Assembly (NCBI GenBank): GCA_964526655.1
Contig: CAZGIZ010000004.1
Span: 1 to 60,278 of the forward strand
Reading direction: 5' to 3'
Length of the DNA stretch: 60,278 nt
Source: an uncultured Desulfobacteraceae bacterium
GTDB taxonomy: Bacteria > Desulfobacterota > DSM-4660 > Desulfatiglandales > HGW-15
Below the pieces are notes generated by a model that searched no databases, was not told the origin of the DNA, and was given only the letters and a program-made list of their open reading frames with translations. This document shows positions 1 to 9,169 of this stretch, one piece after another. The position numbers were made by a program, and so were the translations under genes. Position 1 is the first letter of the stretch; every line of letters starts with the position of its first letter.

Positions 1-2
1 AA

Positions 3-167
3 GAGAGTTTTAGACATACCAATGCGAATCATCTACTTCAGGCCAACTTCGATATCCGAACCATCCGGGAACTGCTGGGTCATAGCGATGCCAGGACAAC
101 CATGATCTACACCCACACCATTAAAAGCCAGACCATCAAAGAGGCGAAGAGCCCTCTAGATTTTTGA
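3..167 (+). CDS. intI: C-terminal fragment of an integron-integrase-like tyrosine recombinase (5' part outside the window or lost)
   Basis: Not in the ORF track. Frame 3 reads [54 protein letters not shown]-stop(165-167). It has the box II LLGH motif, TTMIYTH with the catalytic Tyr, and the IntI-typical SPLD ending. Confidence 0.75.
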   Translation, partial: ESFRHTNANHLLQANFDIRTIRELLGHSDARTTMIYTHTIKSQTIKEAKSPLDF

Positions 168-328
168 TAGATTCCTGCAAGCCGTGCTTCTTAGCTACAC
201 CTGGGACTGTGAATCCTTTTTCAAATCGCTATTAAGCCATTTTGGCAATGCTGCCTTTTTGGCTAAATAGTAAGAAATAGTTGTTAAAAGTCCACTCCAA
301 TTGGAAGGCCATAATTGAAAAATGATCG

Positions 329-640
329 CTATTCCAAAGGCTTAGGCGAATTTTTGAATATTTTGATTAACTGTTGAATAAATTTATTCAACAGCGATTC
401 TGACTTTTTAAAGACCTGCGATCCTCGACATTTGCTGTTTATCATGCAGTAAATTCTCCCTAATAATCTTTCACCCCGATCTGCCGGGTCTTTTGCCATC
501 AAGGCATATTCCTTATCCTTGATCAACTCAACATCCACGATATCCAGGATGGCCTCAATCGTCTCAATCGCTGAGAGGTCTTCACGCTCACACGTCGCCG
601 GGTCCGACATGTATTTATCCCTCTCCGGATGATAATACAT
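329..640 (-). CDS. hypothetical protein
   Basis: 103-aa ORF with no recognisable motif, convergent with the integrase fragment. Confidence 0.4.
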   Translation of the reverse strand: MYYHPERDKYMSDPATCEREDLSAIETIEAILDIVDVELIKDKEYALMAKDPADRGERLLGRIYCMINSKCRGSQVFKKSESLLNKFIQQLIKIFKNSPKPLE

Positions 641-768
641 GATATTTTAGTCCTTTGATTTATGTAGACAACCCATATGCATGGTGATAGATTATTTTTT
701 TAAACTTGCCTTGCTGTTTTAATGACAGAAATAATCAAATTAAACCTATAACTTAATTATAGATAGAG

Positions 769-1773
769 ATGATACCGGAAATCGAGTTAACGTATAAACG
801 CAAGGAGTTAATGGAATTTATCGGCGGATTTCCCAGTACGAGGATCCTGGTAATCGGCGACATAATCCTCGATGAATATATATGGGGAGACGTCTCCCGT
901 ATTTCTCCCGAGGCCCCTGTCCCGGTCGTGGAGATAAGACAGGAGACCAAGAGGCTTGGAGGCGCCGCCAACGTAGTAAACAACATCGTCTCTCTTGGTG
1001 GACAATCCATCCTGTGCGGGGTAATCGGGAATGACAGGGCCGGTAAGCTGATCACCGAAAGCATGAAGGATCTGGGGATTGTCACAAAAGGGATAATCAA
1101 AGATCCTTCACGTCATACGAGCATAAAGACGAGGGTTGTGGCCCATAACCAGCAGGTGGTGCGCTTTGACAGGGAGACCCGCAGGGAAATAGACCCTGAA
1201 AAAACCGATAAGCTCCTTAAATTTATTAAAAACAGCCGGAACGGTTTTGACGCGATAATTGTGGCTGATTATGGAAAGGGAGTAATATCTTCAAAGCTAA
1301 TGGAGGGTCTCAGGGATCTGATAACCGATTCGAATATCATCATTGCAGTCGATCCGAAGACGGATAATTTCAAATACTATAAGGGGATCGACATCATTAC
1401 CCCCAATCACCATGAAGCAGGCTCCATCTGCCGGTTAGAGATAGTCGATGAAGAGACCCTTATCAGGGCGGGGAATCAGATAATGGATGAACTGGGCTGC
1501 CGCTCGGTGCTGGTTACCCAGGGCAAGGACGGTATGACGCTCTTTGAAAAGGGCCGGGAACCCTGTCACATCCCGACAGTTGCCAGAAAGGTCTTTGACG
1601 TCTCAGGGGCCGGCGATACGGTTATCGGCGCCCTATGCCTGAGCCTGGCATCGGGCATGGACCTCAAGTCCTCAGCGATCATCTCGAATTTCGCAGCCGG
1701 AATTGTTGTGGGTGAGGTGGGGACTTCCGTGGTTACGGCTGAAGAGCTGAAAAGGGTGATAAACAGCCGCTGA
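769..1773 (+). CDS. rfaE1: D-glycero-beta-D-manno-heptose-7-phosphate kinase (stand-alone RfaE domain I, PfkB family)
   Basis: GDIILDEYIWGDVSRISPEAPVPV, GGAANV, DYGKG, ITPN and DVSGAGDTV motifs. Confidence 0.92.
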   Translation: MIPEIELTYKRKELMEFIGGFPSTRILVIGDIILDEYIWGDVSRISPEAPVPVVEIRQETKRLGGAANVVNNIVSLGGQSILCGVIGNDRAGKLITESMKDLGIVTKGIIKDPSRHTSIKTRVVAHNQQVVRFDRETRREIDPEKTDKLLKFIKNSRNGFDAIIVADYGKGVISSKLMEGLRDLITDSNIIIAVDPKTDNFKYYKGIDIITPNHHEAGSICRLEIVDEETLIRAGNQIMDELGCRSVLVTQGKDGMTLFEKGREPCHIPTVARKVFDVSGAGDTVIGALCLSLASGMDLKSSAIISNFAAGIVVGEVGTSVVTAEELKRVINSR

Positions 1774-1839
1774 GCTGTCCATGACCATGATTCGCGAAAT
1801 CTCAAGTAGGAAAATAGGCCTAAAAAGAGGGCGACCTCT

Positions 1840-2409
1840 ATGAGCACTCCAAGTGAAGCAGAGGATGTGAAGCTGATTTCCAGCCTGTTTTCATCTGATA
1901 AGCCGCTGATTGAAAGGGTCATCGATAAATTAAAAGAGATCTTCGGCCCTGCGGACTGGATAAGCCCCTGGCTTCTCTTTGACCGTACCAGGTATTATGA
2001 AAAGGAAATGGGATGGCCCCTCCACCGACGTCTTGTATCCTTCAGGAACTTGATCAGACCCGAGGCCATTGTCGATATCAAGTTACAAACCAATAGGTTG
2101 GAAGGGGAATACTCAAGCGGCGGGCGTAGGATGATAAACCTCGATCCCGGCTATATTAGCCTTGAAAGGTTGATCCTGGCCACGGGAAAGAACTATACCC
2201 ACAGGATCTACCTGACAATGGGCATATACGCGGATCTCACACTCGCATATCACAGAGGCAGTTTCAGGGCACTTGAATGGACATACAGGGATTATGCTGA
2301 TCCGGTCTTCATAGGGTATTTAAATAACCTGCGTGAAATGTATAAGAGGCAAATAAGGGGCTTGGAAGAAGGGCCGGAGCCAGGGCATAGGGATAAAGTA
2401 AAAGAATAA
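1840..2409 (+). CDS. DUF4416 family protein
   Basis: TRYYEKEMG, RMINLDPGY, LILATGKNYTHRIYL and WTYRDY motifs. Confidence 0.8.
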   Translation: MSTPSEAEDVKLISSLFSSDKPLIERVIDKLKEIFGPADWISPWLLFDRTRYYEKEMGWPLHRRLVSFRNLIRPEAIVDIKLQTNRLEGEYSSGGRRMINLDPGYISLERLILATGKNYTHRIYLTMGIYADLTLAYHRGSFRALEWTYRDYADPVFIGYLNNLREMYKRQIRGLEEGPEPGHRDKVKE

Positions 2410-2419
2410 GGGGTGAAAA

Positions 2420-3301
2420 TTGATCAGGAGCATGACCGCATACGGGCATGGAGAATATGAACTGAATAAAACACGTTTTTCCGCTGAGATTAAATCCCTG
2501 AACAACCGGTACCGGGATATCATTATCCGTTTGCCTGTTACCCTGCAGGGCCTGGAAGATGAGATACGGACCCAGATCTCATCCAGGGTCGGTAGGGGCC
2601 GCATCGAGATCACTCTTCAGGTGGAGAAAAAGGGCGATGACATGGATTACGGCCTGGAGATCAACCTTCCCCTTTTGAGATCCTACATGCGGATATTCAG
2701 ACAAATGGGTGATGAATTCGGTATCGATGAAAAGATAAGGCCCGATTTTCTCTGCCAGATGAGAGACATGATAATAATGAAGCCCGAGGAAATAAACCTT
2801 AACGAATCAAGGGAAGGTGTCCATCAAGTGATCGGGCTGGCCCTTGATTCAATGGATGCCATGAGGAGTCGGGAAGGGAGCGCGATTGAAGAGGATTTTT
2901 TGAAGAGACTGGACCTTATAGAAAGGTATCTCGATGAGATTGAGAAAAGATCCCCCAGGGTGGTGGAAGACTATAAAGAGAAGCTGAAGCAACGAATTGA
3001 GAACATCGCTGATGATATTAAAATAGATGAGGGCCGCCTCGCCCAGGAGGTGGCAATATTTGCGGGAAGATGCGATATTACCGAAGAGATAGTGCGCGCC
3101 AGGAGCCATCTGGCGCAATTCCGTAAATATCTGTCCATGGGTGACCCCATAGGGAGGAGACTGGATTTTTTGATCCAGGAGATCAACAGGGAGATCAACA
3201 CCATAAGCGCCAAGGCTTCTGATTCGTCCATATCGGCCAACGCAGTTGAGGTTAAGGCGGAATTGGAGAAATTAAGGGAACAGATTCAGAATGTGGAATG
3301 A
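2420..3301 (+). CDS. yicC: YicC/YloC family endoribonuclease
   Basis: IRSMTAYG N-terminus, EIKSLNNRY, DITEEIVR, GRRLDFLIQEINREINTI and LEKLREQIQNVE; TTG start. Confidence 0.9.
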   Translation: MIRSMTAYGHGEYELNKTRFSAEIKSLNNRYRDIIIRLPVTLQGLEDEIRTQISSRVGRGRIEITLQVEKKGDDMDYGLEINLPLLRSYMRIFRQMGDEFGIDEKIRPDFLCQMRDMIIMKPEEINLNESREGVHQVIGLALDSMDAMRSREGSAIEEDFLKRLDLIERYLDEIEKRSPRVVEDYKEKLKQRIENIADDIKIDEGRLAQEVAIFAGRCDITEEIVRARSHLAQFRKYLSMGDPIGRRLDFLIQEINREINTISAKASDSSISANAVEVKAELEKLREQIQNVE

Positions 3302-3313
3302 AAGGAGATATAA

Positions 3314-3586
3314 ATGAGTCATAAGCTTGTCAATGTAGGTTTCGGAAATTCGGTTGTTTCGAGGCGTGTCGTCGCGATCATCTCCCCCAACGCCGCTCCC
3401 ATTAAAAGGTTAAGGGATGAGGCCCGCCAGGAAAAACGACTGATCGACGCCACCCAGGGCAGAAAGACGAGATCTGTTATTATTACCGACAGTAACCACG
3501 TCATCCTGTCAGCCATTCAATCGGAAACCATTGCCCAGAGGTTCAGCCCTGATATTATTTTAACCAAAGAAGAGATCGAAGAGTAG
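3314..3586 (+). CDS. remA: DUF370/RemA family protein
   Basis: [10 protein letters not shown] and [31 protein letters not shown]; usual yicC-remA-gmk order. Confidence 0.88.
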   Translation: MSHKLVNVGFGNSVVSRRVVAIISPNAAPIKRLRDEARQEKRLIDATQGRKTRSVIITDSNHVILSAIQSETIAQRFSPDIILTKEEIEE

Positions 3587-3588
3587 GG

Positions 3589-4191
3589 ATGCAAGGTCGG
3601 ATCTACGTCTTCTCCGGCCCATCAGGGGTCGGAAAGTCAACCATCATCCGTGAATTGAGGAAAAGGGTAAAGGACTTAGGTTATTCAGTCTCCCATACCA
3701 GCAGAGGGCCCAGAGACATGGAGGCGGATGGGGTCGATTATCACTTCGTTGACAAAGGGACCTTTCTTAGGATGATAGAGGAAGACGCCTTTGTGGAATG
3801 GGCCAAGGTATATGCCGATCTTTACGGCACCTCCTATTCAAGCCTGGACAACCAGATAAGCCAGGGCCTGGATGTTCTGCTTGATATAGACAGCCAGGGT
3901 GCGAAAAATATCAAAGGACGGTTTGAAGACAGCACCCTTATCTATATACTCCCGCCTTCACTTGAAATCCTTGAAAAGAGACTGAGGGACAGGGCCGCTG
4001 ACAGCGATGAGACAATTGACGTGCGGATAAAAAAGGCCCTGGACGAGATAAGGGATTGCGCGTGGTATGACTATATCATCATTAACGAGGTCCTTGACAA
4101 GGCTGTTGGGGATGCGGAGTCTATTATTGTCTCGGATCGCTGTCGAAATTCCAGGGCCTTTCCGAAAGTCAAGGAGGTGTTTGGAATATAG
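3589..4191 (+). CDS. gmk: guanylate kinase
   Basis: P-loop GPSGVGKST, SHTSRGPR, DGVDYHFV and YGTS. Confidence 0.95.
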   Translation: MQGRIYVFSGPSGVGKSTIIRELRKRVKDLGYSVSHTSRGPRDMEADGVDYHFVDKGTFLRMIEEDAFVEWAKVYADLYGTSYSSLDNQISQGLDVLLDIDSQGAKNIKGRFEDSTLIYILPPSLEILEKRLRDRAADSDETIDVRIKKALDEIRDCAWYDYIIINEVLDKAVGDAESIIVSDRCRNSRAFPKVKEVFGI

Positions 4192-4257
4192 AACTCGAAT
4201 AATTTAGGATCCTGCGCCGCACAGAGTAATATTTGTTTTCAGAGTAATCACCGGTAT

Positions 4258-4285
4258 GGCGCAGGGCTTAAGGCGCAAGGCACAG
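4258..4285 (+). repeat. four degenerate tandem heptamers
   Basis: GGCGCAG-GGCTTAA-GGCGCAA-GGCACAG. Confidence 0.5.
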
Positions 4286-4389
4286 GGACAATGGAGAATT
4301 TGCCGCGTATGGGACCTGAATCATAGGCCTTGAGCCATTTTACTGATGGCGGTGAATAGAATCTATACCATGTCTGATTCTGATAGAGT

Positions 4390-5172
4390 ATGACTTCCGA
4401 AATAAATACCACAAATAGTGTTTACCTCATTCCCGGTTTCCATGCCGTGAGAGAGGCCTTGATGAGCGGCGGTACGGGGATTCATGAGATCTGGATAAGT
4501 AAAGGAAAGGAATCCGCCCGGGTCGGGGAACTCCTTGATATCGCCGAAGAAAGGGCTATCCCTGTTTTTTTTAAAAATCCGCGTGTTCTGGACGATGTCC
4601 TGCCCGGCACGGCCCACCAGGGTATAATGGCCCTGGCCAAAGAATTTGCCTATACCGATCTGGACCGGCTCATCAATAGATCTATGAACAGCCGGGGACG
4701 CGGCCTGCTGATAGCCGCCGACCATATCACGGATGAGGGAAACATGGGGGCCCTGATAAGGACCGCCGTCTTTTTCGGGGCACAGGGACTGATCCTTCCC
4801 AGGGACCGTTCCGCAAAAGTCACCCAGAAGGTGATGAAGAGGTCATCCGGGGCCTATATCCATATTCCGGTTGCGAGGGTCGTCAATCTGGCAAGGACGA
4901 TGGATATACTCAAAGAAAAGGGGTTCTGGATAATCGGGACAACAGTTGAAAGCCCCGAGTCCATATATCAATTCGACTGGAATAGGGATATTGTATTGAT
5001 CTTAGGTAGCGAAGACAAGGGTATGAGCCGGTCTGTCAGGGCCAAGTGCCACCAGACGGTCGGCATCCCTTCTGCCGGACCCTTAGCCGCCCTCAACATA
5101 TCAGTGGCCTGCGGCATTATCCTTTCTGAAATTTCCCGTCAGCGAAGGATCAATCAAGCCTCAGCAGTTTAG
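4390..5172 (+). CDS. rlmB: 23S rRNA (guanosine-2251-2'-O)-methyltransferase, SPOUT/TrmH family
   Basis: GFHAVREAL, HQGIMA, DEGNMGALIRTA, ILGSEDKG and LNISVACGI. Confidence 0.9.
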   Translation: MTSEINTTNSVYLIPGFHAVREALMSGGTGIHEIWISKGKESARVGELLDIAEERAIPVFFKNPRVLDDVLPGTAHQGIMALAKEFAYTDLDRLINRSMNSRGRGLLIAADHITDEGNMGALIRTAVFFGAQGLILPRDRSAKVTQKVMKRSSGAYIHIPVARVVNLARTMDILKEKGFWIIGTTVESPESIYQFDWNRDIVLILGSEDKGMSRSVRAKCHQTVGIPSAGPLAALNISVACGIILSEISRQRRINQASAV

Positions 5173-5953
5173 CCGCATTTCTCCCTGCAATCTTTTCTTT
5201 TTCGTCGTCATTTAAAAAAGGCAGAGAAAAGAGGTACTCAATTTCAAGGGACTGATCCTTCCAGGGGCTGTCGCTCCCAAAAAGGACCCGCTCGATGGGA
5301 TGTTTTTTGAGAAAACGCTCAAGGATGTCCTTAGGCATCACCCTCAGGACGAAAGATGTGTCCAGGTATATGTCCCTTCCCAGGAGGAATTTTTCAGTCT
5401 CTTCATAATTGTCTTCTCCGCCCATATGGGCGGCTATGATTTTCAATTCCGGGAAGGTCCTGTGCACGGCTAAAAGCCTTTCAGGAGGCGCATGCAGGGG
5501 GGGTGGAAGTCCCTGATCAAGGCCGGCATGAAAGAGTATGGGCATCCCTGCATCCTGGGCCGCCTCATAAAATGGAAACATCCTCTCTTCGTCAACAAAA
5601 AAATCCTGATAGTCGGGATGCAGTTTAATGCATTTAAAACCCTGGTTCCTAAATTCGGACATCAAACCAGGAGGCACCTTCAGGCCCGGGTGCCATGTCG
5701 CCATGGGTATGACCCTTTTACGCCTGATCTTTACCAGCCAGGCGAGAATTGACTTCACCTGATCCGGCCTGGTGGTGATCCGGCTGACCACCGAAGTATC
5801 AATCCCCGCAGCATCCATTGAACGGAGAAGGCCCTTCAAAGAACCATCTGAAAAATGGGGAATTCCTGCCCGGTCCTGCAGGCTCGCCAAGGTCTTTTTG
5901 GCCATAGAACCAGGGAAAATGTGTGTATGGAAGTCAATAATCATCAAAGGCAT
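5150..5953 (-). CDS. amidohydrolase family protein (amidohydrolase_2-like)
   Basis: IDFHTH, KLHP, FHAG, AHMGG and FGSDSPW metal-binding motifs. Start set at MPLMIIDFHTH. The 3' end overlaps rlmB by 23 bp. Confidence 0.85.
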   Translation of the reverse strand: MPLMIIDFHTHIFPGSMAKKTLASLQDRAGIPHFSDGSLKGLLRSMDAAGIDTSVVSRITTRPDQVKSILAWLVKIRRKRVIPMATWHPGLKVPPGLMSEFRNQGFKCIKLHPDYQDFFVDEERMFPFYEAAQDAGMPILFHAGLDQGLPPPLHAPPERLLAVHRTFPELKIIAAHMGGEDNYEETEKFLLGRDIYLDTSFVLRVMPKDILERFLKKHPIERVLFGSDSPWKDQSLEIEYLFSLPFLNDDEKEKIAGRNAAKLLRLD

Positions 5954-6109
5954 TATACTTTGATAGCACGGGTTGGCAAGCAAGAAAGTCAAGAATCCAT
6001 GGCCAAAGGACATGTCCCTGCTTCAATTGCTTCATGTGAACAGATTATCCCCTTGAATAAAATTATTGTACGGGTTATCCTTTTTAAATTAAAACAGCAA
6101 GGAGTCATC

Positions 6110-7012
6110 ATGAGAATACGAAAACCAGGTAGGGTAATGGATAACCTCTATTTTTTAGGCAGGGAAGAATCCTGTGTCTATCTCCTGGAAGGCGGAAACG
6201 AATCAATGATAATCAGCGGGGGGTTGAGCTATATAGTCCCCGATATATTGCAGCAGTTCAGGGACTTCCACATTGATGAGTCCAGGATAACCAAGCTCCT
6301 GATACTTCACTCCCATTTCGATCATGTCGGCATTATCCCGTTCCTGAAAAAAATGAAAGGCGATCTGACAATATACGGTTCAGCCCGGGCATGGGAAATT
6401 CTCAAAATGCCCAAGGCTATAAACACCATCAACACCTTCAGCAGGGATGTCGCAAGGCGTGTGGGAAGGGAGGATGCACTGACCGAATATGACTTGGAAT
6501 GGCGGGACGGGCTGAGCGGAATCACTATTTCCGAAGGGGATGTCATTGAACTCGGGGGACTGGAGGGACGCGTTTACGAGACCCCCGGACATTCCTCCTG
6601 TTCAATCTCTTTCCATGTGCCTGAACTAAAGGCCCTTTTTCCCTCTGACGGCGCCGGAATCCCCTATGGAAACACCATCTTCGCAACCGGGAATTCCAAT
6701 TTTACAGAGTATCAGGCCAGCCTTGAGAGGCTTAAAGACCTTGATGTAGAATATCTGTTTGCAGACCACTATGGGTATATTCGCGGAAATGAGGCAAGGA
6801 ATTTCATCAAGCAATCTATCGAATACGCGAGGGAATATCGCGCATTGATCGAAGATAAATACAGGCAGACAGGAGATGTTGAGGTGGTCGCCCGGGAAAT
6901 AACAGATGAGTTCAGCAGTATTTACGGGGAATACTTCCTGACGCCCGATATAATGAGAGGTGTTAACCGGCAGATGCTCCGCCATATTGCCGGCGCTATG
7001 CAGGGTCCGTGA
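6110..7012 (+). CDS. MBL-fold metallo-hydrolase
   Basis: HSHFDH motif, TPGHS and DG; GGAG RBS before ATG 6110. Confidence 0.85.
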   Translation: MRIRKPGRVMDNLYFLGREESCVYLLEGGNESMIISGGLSYIVPDILQQFRDFHIDESRITKLLILHSHFDHVGIIPFLKKMKGDLTIYGSARAWEILKMPKAINTINTFSRDVARRVGREDALTEYDLEWRDGLSGITISEGDVIELGGLEGRVYETPGHSSCSISFHVPELKALFPSDGAGIPYGNTIFATGNSNFTEYQASLERLKDLDVEYLFADHYGYIRGNEARNFIKQSIEYAREYRALIEDKYRQTGDVEVVAREITDEFSSIYGEYFLTPDIMRGVNRQMLRHIAGAMQGP

Positions 7013-7037
7013 ATAGTTCCTTGTCAGATCTACACTG

Positions 7038-7325
7038 TTACTTCTTGATCGCCTTCTCTACATTTTTTACCTTTTCATTTATGTCCATGACCTTTTTAAC
7101 GCCCGGGACCTGTTCAAGGACCTTCTTGGCAGCCTTATCCTCAATGGAAGGTTGTGCCTTTTTATCATCATCCGGCTCCGGATTGCTCAGGTCCCTCTTG
7201 ACCTTTCTGAATTCCCTCAAGGCCCCGCCAAGTCCCTTGCCGATCTCCGGAATCCTTTTTGCCCCAAAAATCAGTAAAACGATCACACCGATGACAATCA
7301 ATTCGGACGTTCCAAGACCGAACAT
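7038..7325 (-). CDS. tatA: twin-arginine translocase TatA/TatE subunit
   Basis: MFGLGTSELIVIGVIVLLIFGAKRIPEIGKGLGGALREF. Confidence 0.9.
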   Translation of the reverse strand: MFGLGTSELIVIGVIVLLIFGAKRIPEIGKGLGGALREFRKVKRDLSNPEPDDDKKAQPSIEDKAAKKVLEQVPGVKKVMDINEKVKNVEKAIKK

Positions 7326-7352
7326 AATAATCTCCTTTTTCCCCCGGATTAT

Positions 7353-7919
7353 TCAGATATTCCGGCCGGAGGTCCCCTCTAAAATGTCCTTTAACAAGGT
7401 CATAAATTCCAAAGTGGAAAAGGCCTCTCCCCCTCCCACCTCCATCATCCTGATCCCTGATTTCTGAAAAAGCGCTGCCGTGACGCCCATACCGGGGCCT
7501 TCCAATCCCTCGCATTGGACCGTAATGACTCCGCATGAAGGGCTCTTGTCCTTAAAGATCGCCATCGCCGCCCCTGCCAGCCTTGCAACTCTCAGGGATT
7601 CTTCCGCCCCCTTTCTAAAGGCTGCCGTAACTTCCTCTCCAAGGGAATTGATGACCTTTGCCTTTCCGGCGATCACGTCCCCGCCGTCCCCTCCCACAAT
7701 CCTGGCCGGCGGACGGGGTGTGGGCAGTCCCCCCATCTGTTCGGGGCAGATGGGTATTATATGGGCTGATGAGGCAAAATCGATGAGGCTTGGACACCCG
7801 GACTCTCTTCCGTCATATCTGCAATGTATGCCCAACAGACAACTGCTGATCAGAATCGGAAAATCCTTTGAAGGGAATGATTCTTTAATCTGAAAATTGA
7901 ATGGCGGTCTCTTTGTCAT
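7353..7919 (-). CDS. DUF523 family (2-thiouracil desulfurase-like) Fe-S protein
   Basis: ILISSCLLGIHCRYDG, CPEQMGGLPTPRP and KDKSPSCG. Confidence 0.85.
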   Translation of the reverse strand: MTKRPPFNFQIKESFPSKDFPILISSCLLGIHCRYDGRESGCPSLIDFASSAHIIPICPEQMGGLPTPRPPARIVGGDGGDVIAGKAKVINSLGEEVTAAFRKGAEESLRVARLAGAAMAIFKDKSPSCGVITVQCEGLEGPGMGVTAALFQKSGIRMMEVGGGEAFSTLEFMTLLKDILEGTSGRNI

Positions 7920-8940
7920 CTCGCGATTCCACCGAACCTATCTGGTAGGCGGCCTCTCCCATGGCCTTCAGCCTCAGGAGCACTTCGCCGCAATCCTCTT
8001 CGCCTACCACGATGACCAGGCCGAGGCCGCAGTTGAAGGTCCTCACCATTTCGTCGTCAGGAATCTTTCCCGCCTTTTTGATATAGCTGAATATCGGCTG
8101 GGGGGTCCAGGTTGCCCTGTTTATCACGACCTTACACTGCTTGGGCAGTATTCGCGGCAGGTTATCCGTAAGACCCCCTCCGGTAATGTGTGATATACCG
8201 TATATGTTAAAATCCCTTCTCAGGTTGCTTATGGTCCTGGCGTAAATACGGGTGGGCTCCAGTAGCTCCTCCCCCAGGGTGCGGCCGAATTCCTCCACAT
8301 AGCTATCGACGGACATCTTCAACTCTTCAAAAAAGATCTTCCTGACCAGGGAATACCCGTTGCTATGGAGACCGCTCGATCCAATGCCGATCAATTGGTT
8401 TCCAACTGCTATCTCGGAGCCGTCGAGGAGATCCTTATTATCCGCCAGACCTACAACGAATCCGACAAGATCATACTCCTCCGGCGCGTAAAAACCGGGC
8501 ATTTCTGCTGTCTCTCCGCCAATGAGAGAGCAGCCCGCCTCCTTACAGCCGGCCGCAATACCCTTGACTATGTCAACGCACTTCTCGATCTTGAGCTTGC
8601 TCATCGATATATAATCCAGCATAAACAAAGGCGCGGCGCCCTGCACCATGATGTCGTTAACGCACATGGCCACCAGATCAATCCCCACGGTGTCATGCTT
8701 ATCCATCATAAACGCTATCTTTAGTTTTGTACCCACACCGTCCGTGGAGGAGACCAGAACGGGATTTTCAACATCGAGGGACTGGAGGGAGAAGAGGCCG
8801 GCGAATCCGCCTATGTCCGTTATAACACCGGGTTTAAATGTCTTGTTGACGATGGGCTTTATTAGTTCCACGAACCGATTCCCAGCGTCGATATCGACGC
8901 CGGCCTTCGAGTACCTGCTTGCTTCGTTTTTTGCTTTCAT
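7885..8940 (-). CDS. purM: phosphoribosylformylglycinamidine cyclo-ligase (AIR synthetase)
   Basis: YSKAGVDIDAG, STDGVGTKL, GGETAEMPG, HSNGYSLVR, HITGGG and TFNCG. Start set at MKAKNE. Confidence 0.95.
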   Translation of the reverse strand: MKAKNEASRYSKAGVDIDAGNRFVELIKPIVNKTFKPGVITDIGGFAGLFSLQSLDVENPVLVSSTDGVGTKLKIAFMMDKHDTVGIDLVAMCVNDIMVQGAAPLFMLDYISMSKLKIEKCVDIVKGIAAGCKEAGCSLIGGETAEMPGFYAPEEYDLVGFVVGLADNKDLLDGSEIAVGNQLIGIGSSGLHSNGYSLVRKIFFEELKMSVDSYVEEFGRTLGEELLEPTRIYARTISNLRRDFNIYGISHITGGGLTDNLPRILPKQCKVVINRATWTPQPIFSYIKKAGKIPDDEMVRTFNCGLGLVIVVGEEDCGEVLLRLKAMGEAAYQIGSVESRDDKETAIQFSD

Positions 8941-9169
8941 TTTACCCGTCCATAAGATCAATTTTTTTGTTGGATTACGACATCTTCGCAATCCTGGATC
9001 CTGAAAAACCGGGAATAACCGGGCCTTATCCATGACCTGGGGGTAGCCCGTAATGGGTGATACCCCATCCATCAGCAAATCATATATCCCTCTTCCGATA
9101 TTACTGTCAATCCTTTTCTACCGCAACACCACCCCCTCTGATGAGACTGAGGAGAGGGGATGGGCCGTG

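Noticed and set aside
168-328. attC site after the 329-640 ORF (integron cassette)
   Set aside because: I could not find paired RYYYAAC/GTTRRRY core sites with an internal inverted repeat on either strand.
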